Notes: generated by a model from the letters alone, not told the origin. Numbered from the stretch's first letter, positions 17,422 to 26,393 are shown. The stretch: 64,000 nt of DNA from Nitrospirota bacterium (GCA_021789935.1 JAJYIR010000010.1:3065-67064), one strand, 5' to 3'. Made by a program: numbers and translations.

Positions 17422-17661
17422 ATGCCCAAAATTCTCTGGAAACAGCTCATGGACGCAAGCCAGGTTGGCCTGAACCTTGTGATTTCCACATTTATCGGCC
17501 TGGCGATAGGCTATTTCACAGACAAACATTTCCATACCTTGCCGTGGTTTACCCTGGTCTTTTTTTTTCTTGGCATGTCAGCAGGGTTCAGGGAAGTTTT
17601 TAAATATATAAGACGCAAAGACAAGGAAGAGGAAAAAGAACATGGAAAAAAGGATTTATAA
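17422..17661 (+). CDS. AtpZ/AtpR-like small membrane protein (putative F0F1-ATPase-associated subunit)
   Basis: 79 aa, two TM helices. GLAIGYFTDKHFHTLPWFTLVFFFLGMSAGF matches the AtpZ-family core. Confidence 0.6.
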   Translation: MPKILWKQLMDASQVGLNLVISTFIGLAIGYFTDKHFHTLPWFTLVFFFLGMSAGFREVFKYIRRKDKEEEKEHGKKDL

Positions 17662-17995
17662 GATTTCGGGATTGTCTGTGCTGGCCCTGACGGTCATTTC
17701 GGCATTTTTCATGCCAAAGGAGATACCGGCGGGAATCCTGGCCGGGGGCGTGCTCATGCTTGCGAACTTCAGGGGGCTTGCGTGGGGAGTGACCGGCTTT
17801 TTAGGGACAAAAAAAGCCACGGGCAAAATGGTTTTCTTCAGCGCGCTGCGGTTCATGATAATACTGTTGGTGCTGATTGCCCTTTTAAAACTGCACCTTG
17901 TGAACCTGCTTGGCGTCATTGTGGGCATGACGGCAGTTTTCACCGTGATCCTTGCGGCCGGGGCTAGGGAACTGCTGAACAAAGTTATGCCATAA
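17642..17995 (+). CDS. atpI: ATP synthase protein I-like membrane protein
   Basis: 117 aa, 4 predicted TM segments. Overlaps the atpZ-like gene by 20 nt. The usual atpZ-atpI pairing supports the call, but no atpB/E follows. Confidence 0.5.
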   Translation: MEKRIYKISGLSVLALTVISAFFMPKEIPAGILAGGVLMLANFRGLAWGVTGFLGTKKATGKMVFFSALRFMIILLVLIALLKLHLVNLLGVIVGMTAVFTVILAAGARELLNKVMP

Positions 17996-18147
17996 ACGAT
18001 TTATTTCTGAGACATATGTGGGGGAAGATGCTATAATGACCTCAAAATGGCCCCGTTTTCTATTTGCAAATGCAGGATACGCCTTCCTTTTCTTGGCAAA
18101 AAAAATCGTTTTGCTAATATAGTTATATTACGGAAGGAGGCCCGCAT

Positions 18148-19491
18148 ATGCTGGGTCTGAATTATTCCTTCATGATGGCCGAGACCATTGGCCAAAAAGG
18201 CATTACCGGGCGCAAGCTGGAGAGTTTCAGGGTGAAGGCCCTCGAGGCGCTGGAGGAAATAAAGCGCAAGCGCTACCCCGGTCTTGCTTTTACGGAGCTC
18301 CCATGGCAGGATGTCTCGTCGGTGAAGGAAGCCGCGAAAAGGCTGAAGGAGTTGGATTATTTTTTGCTCCTCGGTATCGGCGGCTCTGCCCTGGGGCCAA
18401 AGTGCATTCTTGAGTCCTTGAGCCCCTTTCATAACCAGAGGAGGGACGGCAAGGGCCCCAAGGTCTTCATCTATGAAAACGTAGACCCTTCAACGCTTCG
18501 CTCGATCCTGGCCAGCCTGGACATAAAAAAAACCGGCATAAACGTGATAAGCAAGTCCGGAGGGACCTCTGAGACCGTGGCATCATTCATGATCCTGTAT
18601 GAAATGCTGGAAAAGTCCATTGGGAGGGAGGCCGCAGGCAGGTTTGTCCTTACGACAGACCCTGAAAAGGGCGACCTGCGGAAACTTGCCTCGGAGGGCA
18701 TGAGCTCCCTGCCCATTCCGCCTGGTGTCGGAGGAAGGTACTCCGTTTTGTCCCCGGTGGGCCTTCTGACGGCTGAGGTCATCGGGGTGGACTCTGAAGA
18801 ACTCCTTGCGGGCGCGAAAGAGGCCCATGAGAAATGCCTGGCATGCAACTTCTGGGAAAACCCGGCCATAGTGGCCGCAACGCTCTATTATGTCATGCAG
18901 AGGGACGAGGGAAGATCAATAGATGTTTTGTTGCCTTATGCCGACCGGCTTAAATCCTTTTCCGATTGGTTTTGCCAGCTCTGGTCCGAAAGCCTTGGCA
19001 AACAGGGGAAGGGCCTTACGCCGTATCCATCCGTGGGGACTACTGACCAGCACTCCCAGGTGCAGCTCTGGATGGAGGGGCCGGAAGACAAGGTGGTTAC
19101 ATTTCTAAGGGTGGAGGATTACGAGGCGGACTTTGCCATTCCGGATGTGTTCGGGCAGTATGAGGGCATGTCTTTCCTCAGAGGGCAGACCCTGGCCGGG
19201 CTTATAAAGGCGGAGGAGGAAGCCACCGAGCTTGCCCTTGCAAAGGCCGGAAGGCCCAATATGGCTATAACTATTCCTAAGATTGACGCCTATCACCTGG
19301 GGCATCTTTTTTATTTCTTCGAAGTTGTGACAGTCCTTACGGGCCATTTTCTTGGTGTAAACCCCTTTGACCAGCCCTCTGTGGAGGAGGGGAAAAAGCT
19401 CACGTTCGGCCTCATGGGGAAAAAAGGGTTTGAGGACAAAAAAAGGGAAGTAGTCCAGGCCAGGGACAAAAAAAGCCAATTCACAATTTAA
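18148..19491 (+). CDS. pgi: Glucose-6-phosphate isomerase
   Basis: 447 aa. GIGGSALGP, SKSGGTSET and QHSQVQL motif blocks of bacterial PGI. SD ggaaggagg upstream. Confidence 0.85.
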   Translation: MLGLNYSFMMAETIGQKGITGRKLESFRVKALEALEEIKRKRYPGLAFTELPWQDVSSVKEAAKRLKELDYFLLLGIGGSALGPKCILESLSPFHNQRRDGKGPKVFIYENVDPSTLRSILASLDIKKTGINVISKSGGTSETVASFMILYEMLEKSIGREAAGRFVLTTDPEKGDLRKLASEGMSSLPIPPGVGGRYSVLSPVGLLTAEVIGVDSEELLAGAKEAHEKCLACNFWENPAIVAATLYYVMQRDEGRSIDVLLPYADRLKSFSDWFCQLWSESLGKQGKGLTPYPSVGTTDQHSQVQLWMEGPEDKVVTFLRVEDYEADFAIPDVFGQYEGMSFLRGQTLAGLIKAEEEATELALAKAGRPNMAITIPKIDAYHLGHLFYFFEVVTVLTGHFLGVNPFDQPSVEEGKKLTFGLMGKKGFEDKKREVVQARDKKSQFTI

Positions 19492-19532
19492 GATTGAGTT
19501 GCGAAACTTATTGATAAATATAAAAATTTTGG

Positions 19533-19561
19533 TTGAAATAAAAAATTATTTGAATTACTAT
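19533..19561 (+). promoter_or_regulatory. Candidate sigma70-type promoter of the hydrogenase operon
   Basis: TTGAAA (19533-19538), 17-nt spacer, TACTAT (19556-19561), 75 nt upstream of the small-subunit ATG. Pattern match only. Confidence 0.3.
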
Positions 19562-19636
19562 TTCTCAAAAAAGGGAGGTCTGCTTAATAGACAAGACGTA
19601 ACATTTGCATAGAGAGATACAGAAAGGGGGTTTTTC

Positions 19637-20719
19637 ATGGGGGAAGCAAGCGGGAGTATTTATGATTCCCTGAGGAAAAAAGGGGTATCAAGAAGAGACT
19701 TCATGAAGTTCTGCTCTCTGATGGCGGCGACCCTGGCCCTGCCGGTAGGCGGTGCGGCCAAGATTGCGGAGGCGCTCGAAAAGGCCCCGAAGCCCACACT
19801 CGTATGGCTTGAATTCCAGGACTGTTGCGGCAATACTGAATCCTTCCTGAGGGCAAATGATCCGACGGTCGCCCAGATCGTTCTCGATCTCTTGTCAGTG
19901 GACTACCACGAAACTATAATGGCTCCCGCCGGCAAGCAGGCGGAAAAATCTCTCTACGATGTTGTTAAAAACCAGAAAGGCAAATACCTTGTTGTTGTTG
20001 AGGGGGCAATTCCGCTTAAAGACGGCGGCGTTTACTGCACCGTGGGGGGCAGGGCGGCCATCGATATAGCCAAAGAGGTCTGCGGGAACGCCATGGCCAC
20101 CATAGCGATGGGGGCTTGCGCCTGGGACGGAGGTATACCCGGGGCTGCGCCGAATCCCACCGGCGCTGTCGGGGTAAAAGACGCTGTCAAGGACATCACC
20201 CTCATCAATCTTCCGGGGTGTCCGGCAAATGTCGTAAACCTCACCGGCACCATCGTGCATCTGCTCACCTTCGGGAGCCTTCCGCTTACGGATTCCATGG
20301 GCAGGCCGCTTTTTGCCTATGGCCACAGGATACACGACGACTGCGAACGCAGGGCCCACTATGATGCCGGCCGGTTCGTTCAGATATGGGGAGACGAGGG
20401 GCACAAAAAAGGATGGTGCCTTTACCAGATGGGCTGCAAGGGGCCGGAGACCTTCAAGAACTGCCCGGCCCAGAGGTGGAACCAGGGCACAAGCTGGCCC
20501 GTCGAGGCGGGGCATGGATGCATCGGGTGCGCGGCTCCGCATTTCTGGGACACGATGACCCCGTTTTACAAGAGGATCGAGCAAGTGCCGGGCTTTGGAG
20601 TCGAGGCCACCGCTGACAAGTTCGGGGCGGGTCTGGCCGCAGCCACCGCCGCCGGCCTTATAGTCCACAGGATAGCGAGGGCGTCCAAAAAGAAATCATC
20701 CGAAGAGGAGGAGAAATAA
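19637..20719 (+). CDS. [NiFe] hydrogenase small subunit, Tat-exported, membrane-anchored (group 1)
   Basis: 360 aa. Twin-arginine signal SRRDFMKF. Fe-S ligand blocks (GACAWDGGIPGAAPNPTGA, PGCPAN, HDDCERRAHYDAG, WCLYQMGCKGPETFKNCP, GHGCIGC). C-terminal TM anchor. The proximal-cluster motif is atypical (DCCGNTES). Confidence 0.9.
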   Translation: MGEASGSIYDSLRKKGVSRRDFMKFCSLMAATLALPVGGAAKIAEALEKAPKPTLVWLEFQDCCGNTESFLRANDPTVAQIVLDLLSVDYHETIMAPAGKQAEKSLYDVVKNQKGKYLVVVEGAIPLKDGGVYCTVGGRAAIDIAKEVCGNAMATIAMGACAWDGGIPGAAPNPTGAVGVKDAVKDITLINLPGCPANVVNLTGTIVHLLTFGSLPLTDSMGRPLFAYGHRIHDDCERRAHYDAGRFVQIWGDEGHKKGWCLYQMGCKGPETFKNCPAQRWNQGTSWPVEAGHGCIGCAAPHFWDTMTPFYKRIEQVPGFGVEATADKFGAGLAAATAAGLIVHRIARASKKKSSEEEEK

Positions 20720-20722
20720 TCC

Positions 20723-22432
20723 ATGCCTAAGATTGCGATTGATCCTATAACCAGGATCGAGGGACATCTGAGAATCGAAGCCCAGGTGGACGCGGGGCAG
20801 GTAAAGGACGCATGGGCTTCGGGCACCATGTTCAGGGGCATCGAGCTTATACTTAAAAACAGGGACCCAAGGGACGCCTGGGCATTTGCCCAGCGGATAT
20901 GAGGCGTTTGAACAACGGTTCACGCCACCAGCTCCGTGAGAGCTGTAGAAAACGCGCTTCAAATTACGATTCCGGACAACGCCAGGCTCATAAGGAACCT
21001 TATCACAGGCATACAGTATGTGCAGGACCATACCATTCATTTTTACCACCTGCACGCCCTGGACTGGGTTGATATTGTAAGCGCCCTGAAGGCGGACCCG
21101 GGCAAGACCTCGGACCTCGCCCAATCGATTTCGGACTGGCACAACTCCAGCAAGGTATATTTCGCAGGAGTGCAGGACAAGCTCAAATCATTTGTCGCCG
21201 GAGGACAGTTGGGCCTCTTCGCCAACGGCTACTGGGGACACCCTGCCTACAAGCTGCCGCCCGAGGCCAATCTCATGGCGGTGGCGCATTACCTTGAGGC
21301 CCTGGACTGGCAGAAGAACATCATACGCATCCATGCCATACTTGGCAGCAAAAACCCGCATGCGCAGACCTATCTGGTGGGCGGGATGGCGACGGCCATA
21401 AACCCCAATGACGAATCCACGCTAAATGCAAACAGCATCGCGCATATAATGCAGATGGCCCAGACCGCAAAGGAGTTCGTGGAGAAGGTCTATGTGCCGG
21501 ACCTTCTGGCCATAGCTTCTTTCTACAAGGACTGGGCAGGATACGGGGCGGGGGTCGGCAACTATCTGGCCTACGGCGAGTTCCCCAAGGACAATGTCTC
21601 CAATACGGACAACCTCTTTTTGCCCAGGGGTATGATCCTCGGCAAGGACCTGTCAAAAGTCCATCCGGTGGACCAGCAGAAGGTGGCCGAGTACATAGCG
21701 CATTCGTGGTACACCTACCCGGAGGGCAACAGCGCCTCCAAGCATCCGTGGAACGGCGTTACGGACTACGATTATACCGGGCCCAAGCCGCCGTTTGAGT
21801 TCCTTGAAACTGACAAGAAATACAGCTGGGTCAAGGCGCCGCGTTATGAGGACAAGCCCATGGAGGTGGGCCCGCTTGCAAGGATGCTCGTTGCCTACGC
21901 GTCCGGCCACGAAAGGGTGAAGGAAGTTGTGGACGGCGCCCTTAAGAAACTGGGAGTAGGGTCGGCCGCGCTCTTTTCAACCCTGGGCAGGACGGCAGCC
22001 AGGGGGATTGAAACCCTGATCGTGGCCGAGGCTATCCCGGGATGGGTAGGACAGCTCTCTGATAACATCAAGAAAGGGGACCTGCGCATACACGACAACT
22101 CCAAGTGGGAACCCTCCACCTGGCCGGCCGAGGCCAAGGGCTACGGCTTCCACGAGGCACCGAGGGGCGCCCTTTGCCACTGGGTAAGGATAAAAGACGG
22201 GAAGATCGCCAACTACCAGTGTGTAGTCCCCAGCACCTGGAACGCCTCGCCCAGAGACGCCAAGGGACAAAGGGGCCCATATGAGACGGCCCTCCTGGGC
22301 ACACCCGTGGCAAAACCGGAGGAGCCTCTGGAGATATTGAGGACGGTGCACTCGTTTGATCCCTGCCTCGCCTGCGCTGTCCACATAACGGACGTAAACA
22401 GGAAAGAGCTTCTCAAGGTAAAGGTATCTTGA
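20723..22432 (+). CDS. [NiFe] hydrogenase large subunit, read through two in-frame TGA codons (20900-20902 and 20909-20911; putative selenocysteines)
   Basis: ATG at 20723 follows the SD ggaggag. The N-terminal 71 codons ([22 protein letters not shown]...[29 protein letters not shown]) are in frame with the 498-aa track ORF 20936..22432. C-terminal DPCLACAVH plus a protease-cleaved extension. 569 codons in total, normal for group 1. Confidence 0.85.
20903..20945 (+). promoter_or_regulatory. Two tandem RNA stem-loops at or after the in-frame TGAs (candidate SECIS-like elements)
   Basis: H1 (20903-20926): GGCG-[UU bulge]-UGAAC-(AACG)-GUUCA-CGCC. It starts right after TGA-1 and contains TGA-2 in its stem. 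H2 (20929-20945): CAGCUC-(CGUGA)-GAGCUG, with its loop 23-35 nt after the two TGAs. Pairing was checked base by base; function not shown. Confidence 0.3.
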
Positions 22433-22447
22433 GGAAGGGAGGACGGC

Positions 22448-23110
22448 ATGGCCACTGAGCGGAAGAAGACTTATGTCTGGGAAATCCCGGTCCGGTTGAC
22501 CCATTGGGTCAATTTCTTCTCTATCATCTTCCTTTCGGTAACGGGGTTGTACATTGGCGGGCCTTTTATCCATCCCACCTCCAGTCAAAGCTACACAATG
22601 GGCTGGATGAGGTTTATCCACCTGCTTGCGGGCTATACATTTCTGATGATGGTTATCATCAGGGTTTATTGGGCTTTTGCCGGCAACAGGTACGCCAATT
22701 GGCGGGTGTTTTTGCCCCTTACCCGCAGACAGAGACACGACCTTGGAGACGCCACCAGGTATTACCTGTTCCTGAGCAAAAAACCCCCGTACGCGGCCGG
22801 GCACACCATGTGCGCGGGGGCCGCATATTTTGTGCTGTTTCTGCTGTTTCTGTTTCAGATATTCTCCGGGTTTGCGCTTTTTTCGTACAACAGCCCCGGG
22901 TTTTTCCATACGCTCCTGGGCGGATGGCTTACTGCGTTCATGAATATCCAGGCGATAAGGTTCTGGCACCATATGGTCATGTATTTCATATGGGTGATCG
23001 CCCTTATCCACGTGTATCTGGCTGTATGGCTGGACTCCGTTGAGGGCAACGGACTTATGGGCTCCATCTTCGGTGGGTATAAGTTCATAACCGGCAAGGA
23101 ATGGGAATAA
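22448..23110 (+). CDS. Ni/Fe-hydrogenase b-type cytochrome subunit (HyaC/HupC family)
   Basis: 220 aa, 4 TM helices. N-terminal VWEIPVRLTHWVNF and conserved His positions typical of the family. Directly follows the large subunit. Confidence 0.85.
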   Translation: MATERKKTYVWEIPVRLTHWVNFFSIIFLSVTGLYIGGPFIHPTSSQSYTMGWMRFIHLLAGYTFLMMVIIRVYWAFAGNRYANWRVFLPLTRRQRHDLGDATRYYLFLSKKPPYAAGHTMCAGAAYFVLFLLFLFQIFSGFALFSYNSPGFFHTLLGGWLTAFMNIQAIRFWHHMVMYFIWVIALIHVYLAVWLDSVEGNGLMGSIFGGYKFITGKEWE

Positions 23111-23146
23111 TGAAATTCGGGCGCGCCCTGAAGAGAGGCGGGCGGC

Positions 23147-23701
23147 TTGGATAAACCGGCGGACAGCCATGGCATTCGGTCCCCCCAGGGGGCAACAACC
23201 GTTCTGGGTATAGGCAACATCCTTATGGGCGATGAAGGGGCCGGGATCCGGGCGCTTGATGCCCTCCGGGAACAATATGAGTTCCCGGAGGGCGTGCGCT
23301 TTCTGGATGGCGGCACAATGGGCCTGGACCTTATTTATTATCTGGAGGGCACAGACAGGCTGCTCATGATAGATGCCGTCATCATGGGCGCGCCTCCAGG
23401 CACCGTCAAGGTCTTTGGCGGCCAGGACATACCTTCCGTGCTTGCCGGGAAATTTTCGGTCCACCAGATAGGGTTGCAGGACCTGTTCTTTGCGCTCGAC
23501 ATATTGGGCAGGAGGCCTTCTGACGCCTGCCTGGCGGGCATTGAGCCCAAAGAAGTGGAACTGGGGCTGGAGCTTTCCCCGGAGATAGAAAAAGCGCTTC
23601 CGGTCCTTGTCGATGCTGCTGTGAAAAGGCTTGATGGCTGGGGAATAAGAGTGAGGAAAAAGCAGGATGTGCCTGGCCATACCGTCCAAAATAATCAGTA
23701 A
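23147..23701 (+). CDS. Hydrogenase maturation endopeptidase (HyaD/HybD family)
   Basis: 184 aa. VLGIGNILMGDEGAG N-terminal motif and a ...HQIG... block. TTG start as in the track; the exact start is uncertain. Confidence 0.8.
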   Translation: MDKPADSHGIRSPQGATTVLGIGNILMGDEGAGIRALDALREQYEFPEGVRFLDGGTMGLDLIYYLEGTDRLLMIDAVIMGAPPGTVKVFGGQDIPSVLAGKFSVHQIGLQDLFFALDILGRRPSDACLAGIEPKEVELGLELSPEIEKALPVLVDAAVKRLDGWGIRVRKKQDVPGHTVQNNQ

Positions 23702-23915
23702 AAACGGATTCGAGGCGACCGTCGATCTCTACGGTGCCAGAAAAAAGGTGAGCCTGATGCTCCTTCCGGAAGACGCCTCGGTGGGGGAGTACGTGCTTGT
23801 GCATGCGGGGTTCGCTATCCAGAAAATAGACGAGGAAGCCGCCAAAGACGCCATAGGCCTCATCGATGAAATACTTAAGACCCTCGAACAGGAAGATGCT
23901 GACAGCCTGCAATAA
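23667..23915 (+). CDS. hypC: Hydrogenase assembly chaperone HypC/HupF
   Basis: 82 aa starting MCLAIP (essential N-terminal Cys). Overlaps the protease gene by 35 nt. Confidence 0.85.
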   Translation: MCLAIPSKIISKNGFEATVDLYGARKKVSLMLLPEDASVGEYVLVHAGFAIQKIDEEAAKDAIGLIDEILKTLEQEDADSLQ

Positions 23916-23990
23916 ATAGATAAAAAAATCGTCGGGGCCGCCTTCCCATTTCCCCCCTTTGGTTTTTATTTATGCTCAGATACAATCATT

Positions 23991-26393
23991 TCAGTGTGCC
24001 GTCGTGATGATCGAGAGTGGATACAGCCCGGCGCTGACAGTGGCGGGGTTCATGGGCGTTAGCGCCCCGCCGGCGCCTATAGTGTACTGAGATACGGTTT
24101 TATCGCCCTCGTTTGTCACGTAAACGAACTTGCCCGAAGGGTCCACCGTGACGGAAATGGGCTCGGACCCGGCAGGGACCGTCGCCGGGTTCATCGGGGT
24201 GAGCGCCCCGCCGGCGCCTATGGTGTACTGAGACACGGTGCCATCGCCCTTGTTCGCCACGTAAACGAACCTGCCGGAGGGATCGATCGCAACGGACCAT
24301 GGCTCCGATCCGGCCGCGACCGTTACCGGCGACATGGATGTGAGCTCCCCGTCCGGGCTTATCGTGAACTGCGATACAGTGTCATTGCCCAGGTTAGCGG
24401 CGTAGACATATCTGTCCGAGGGGCCGGCCGCAACGGATTCGGTCCCATCCACCAAGATTCTACCAACGGTCCCTTCCATCGAGATCGTTCCATTTGAATT
24501 CATTATTGGACGCACCCACCACGGTGACATCTGTGTGAGCGACCCGTCCGTGCCTATGGTGTATTGCGCTATGGTGCTGTCGCCCTCGTTCGCTACATAG
24601 GCGTACCTGTCCGAGGGATCTATCGCGATCGATTCCGGCTCATTCACGGCATTTGCCGTTGACCGGGACATCGGCGTGAGTGTCCCGTCCGTGCCTATAG
24701 TGTACTGTGATATGGTGGTAGCGGCCGTGTTTGACACGTAGGCGAACTTGCCCAAGGGGTCGACCGTGACCGCTTCGGGTCCCTGCCCGGCATAGACAAT
24801 TGCCTGGGACATCGGCGTGAGCGCTCCGTCTGCGCCTATAGTGTACTGCGATACAGTGCCATCGCTCTCGTTCGCCACATAGGCGTACTTGCCAGAGGGA
24901 CCGACCGTGACGGACCAGGGCCGTGACCCGTACGACTCCCCGGTGTTGACCGTTGGGTGGGACATCGGCGCCAGCTCCCCGCCGGTCACTATAGTGTACT
25001 GCGACACCGTGCCGTCGCCCTCATTCACCACGTATGCGTACTCGGATAAAGAACTTGCCCATTTGGCGTACAGGGTGACATTTGCCGGACCCATTGTAAA
25101 GGTCTGGCCCTGCGTATAGGTGGTCCCGCTGCCGTCCGCCTGAGTGTTCCAGCCCGTAAATACATAACTGGCGTTTGCGAGGCTGCCGGTATTGCCGGAC
25201 ACCGTAACGGTCTGTCCCTGCTGGTAACGATTTGTTCCGGCCGGGACGGAGCCGCCGGTGTTGCCGTTTCCGTTATACGTTACGGTGTAAGTGGGATTTG
25301 CAGTCCAAATCGCGTACAGCCTAATGTTTTCCGGACCCATTGTAAAGGTCTGCCCCGGGGTATAAACCGTTCCGGATCCATCAGTCCTCGTGTTCCACCC
25401 CGTGAAGGAATATCCGGCATTTACGAGATTGCCTGTATTGCCGGACACTGTAAAGGTCTGGCCCTGCTGATAGTTGGTTGTGTCTGGAACACCGCCTCCG
25501 GTGTTGCCGTTCCCGTTGTATGTCACGCTGTAAACAGGGGTCGCCCACATGGCATACAGGGTGACATTCTGAGTGTCCACAGTTAAGGTCTGCCCCGGGG
25601 CATATGTGGTCCCTCCGCCGTCGGCCCGGGTGTTCCATCCCGCAAAAGAAAAGCCTGTGTTTGACAGGTTGCCCGTGTTGCCTGGCACGGTAACGGTCTG
25701 CCCCTGCAGGTAATGGGTTGTGTCGGACGGAACGATACCGCCGGTGCTGCCATTGCCGTTATAAGTTACGGTGTACGCGGGGTCCGCGGTCCACACCGCG
25801 TACAAGGTGACATTTTCAGGACCCATTGTAAAGGTCCGCCCCTGGGCATAAGTCGTTCCTGAGCCATCAGCCGCTGTGTTCCAGCCTGTGAAGGAATATC
25901 CGGCATTTACGAAGCCGCCAGTATTGCCGGGCACTGTAACGGTTTGCCCCTGCTCGTAATTGGCCGGGCCGGACGGCATGTTTCCGCCTGTGTTGCCGTT
26001 CCCGTTATATATCACGGTGTAAGTTGGGTCGCTCGACCATTTCGCGTACAGATCGATGTTCTCCGTGCCCATCGTAAAGGTCTGGCCCTGGGTATAGGTG
26101 GATCCGCTGCCATCCGCAAGGGTGTTCCAGCCTACAAATGTATAGCCGTTTTTTACGAGATCGCCCGTATTGCCCGGCACCGTAACGGTCTGTCCCTGCT
26201 TGTAACCGGCCTGGGGGGCTGGGGTGCCGCCGGTGTAGCCGTTCCCGTTATATATGACTGTGTAAACTGCAGCGCTGCCCGGATCCGTGCTCCCGCCGCC
26301 TCCGCTGCCGCAGCCGGTCAGGGTCAGGCCGGAGACGGCCGCAATCATCATGAACCCGTAAAAGAAAGCCCTCGTCCATTTTAATATTTCCAT
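23991..26393 (-). CDS. Large surface lipoprotein: 5 tandem Listeria-Bacteroides (InlB B-repeat-like) repeats plus a 7-bladed lactonase-type beta-propeller
   Basis: Likely start at the internal ATG (26393), giving MEILKW...LTLTGCGSGGGG (lipobox). Five ~80-aa repeats (YTVxYNGNGNTGG...GYxFTGWNTxADGSGTxY...LYAxW), then seven YAYVANEGDGTVSQYTIGxDGxLTPMS blades. Confidence 0.75.
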   Translation of the reverse strand: MEILKWTRAFFYGFMMIAAVSGLTLTGCGSGGGGSTDPGSAAVYTVIYNGNGYTGGTPAPQAGYKQGQTVTVPGNTGDLVKNGYTFVGWNTLADGSGSTYTQGQTFTMGTENIDLYAKWSSDPTYTVIYNGNGNTGGNMPSGPANYEQGQTVTVPGNTGGFVNAGYSFTGWNTAADGSGTTYAQGRTFTMGPENVTLYAVWTADPAYTVTYNGNGSTGGIVPSDTTHYLQGQTVTVPGNTGNLSNTGFSFAGWNTRADGGGTTYAPGQTLTVDTQNVTLYAMWATPVYSVTYNGNGNTGGGVPDTTNYQQGQTFTVSGNTGNLVNAGYSFTGWNTRTDGSGTVYTPGQTFTMGPENIRLYAIWTANPTYTVTYNGNGNTGGSVPAGTNRYQQGQTVTVSGNTGSLANASYVFTGWNTQADGSGTTYTQGQTFTMGPANVTLYAKWASSLSEYAYVVNEGDGTVSQYTIVTGGELAPMSHPTVNTGESYGSRPWSVTVGPSGKYAYVANESDGTVSQYTIGADGALTPMSQAIVYAGQGPEAVTVDPLGKFAYVSNTAATTISQYTIGTDGTLTPMSRSTANAVNEPESIAIDPSDRYAYVANEGDSTIAQYTIGTDGSLTQMSPWWVRPIMNSNGTISMEGTVGRILVDGTESVAAGPSDRYVYAANLGNDTVSQFTISPDGELTSMSPVTVAAGSEPWSVAIDPSGRFVYVANKGDGTVSQYTIGAGGALTPMNPATVPAGSEPISVTVDPSGKFVYVTNEGDKTVSQYTIGAGGALTPMNPATVSAGLYPLSIITTAH
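25055..26267 (-). repeat. Five tandem ~240-nt coding repeats inside the lipoprotein gene
   Basis: The repeats are visible at protein level and largely at DNA level (recurrent ccggtattgccgg/ggacaccgtaacggtctg blocks). Confidence 0.7.

Noticed and set aside
20900-20911. Alternative explanations for the two TGAs: a reassigned genetic code (TGA read as Trp/Gly) or a simple pseudogene
   Set aside because: Code reassignment is rejected because TGA terminates several well-delimited genes here (mntA at 358-360, the 7455..8057 gene, leuS at 38285-38287 overlapping the lptE ATG, and the large subunit itself). A plain pseudogene is considered unlikely because both stops fall exactly on the two metal-ligand Cys codons while the other 567 codons and all accessory genes are intact. 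Sequence alone cannot exclude it.
21977-23689. 570-aa ORF on the minus strand
   Set aside because: Antisense to the hydrogenase large subunit, cytochrome b and protease genes. No motifs and a biased R/P/G composition.
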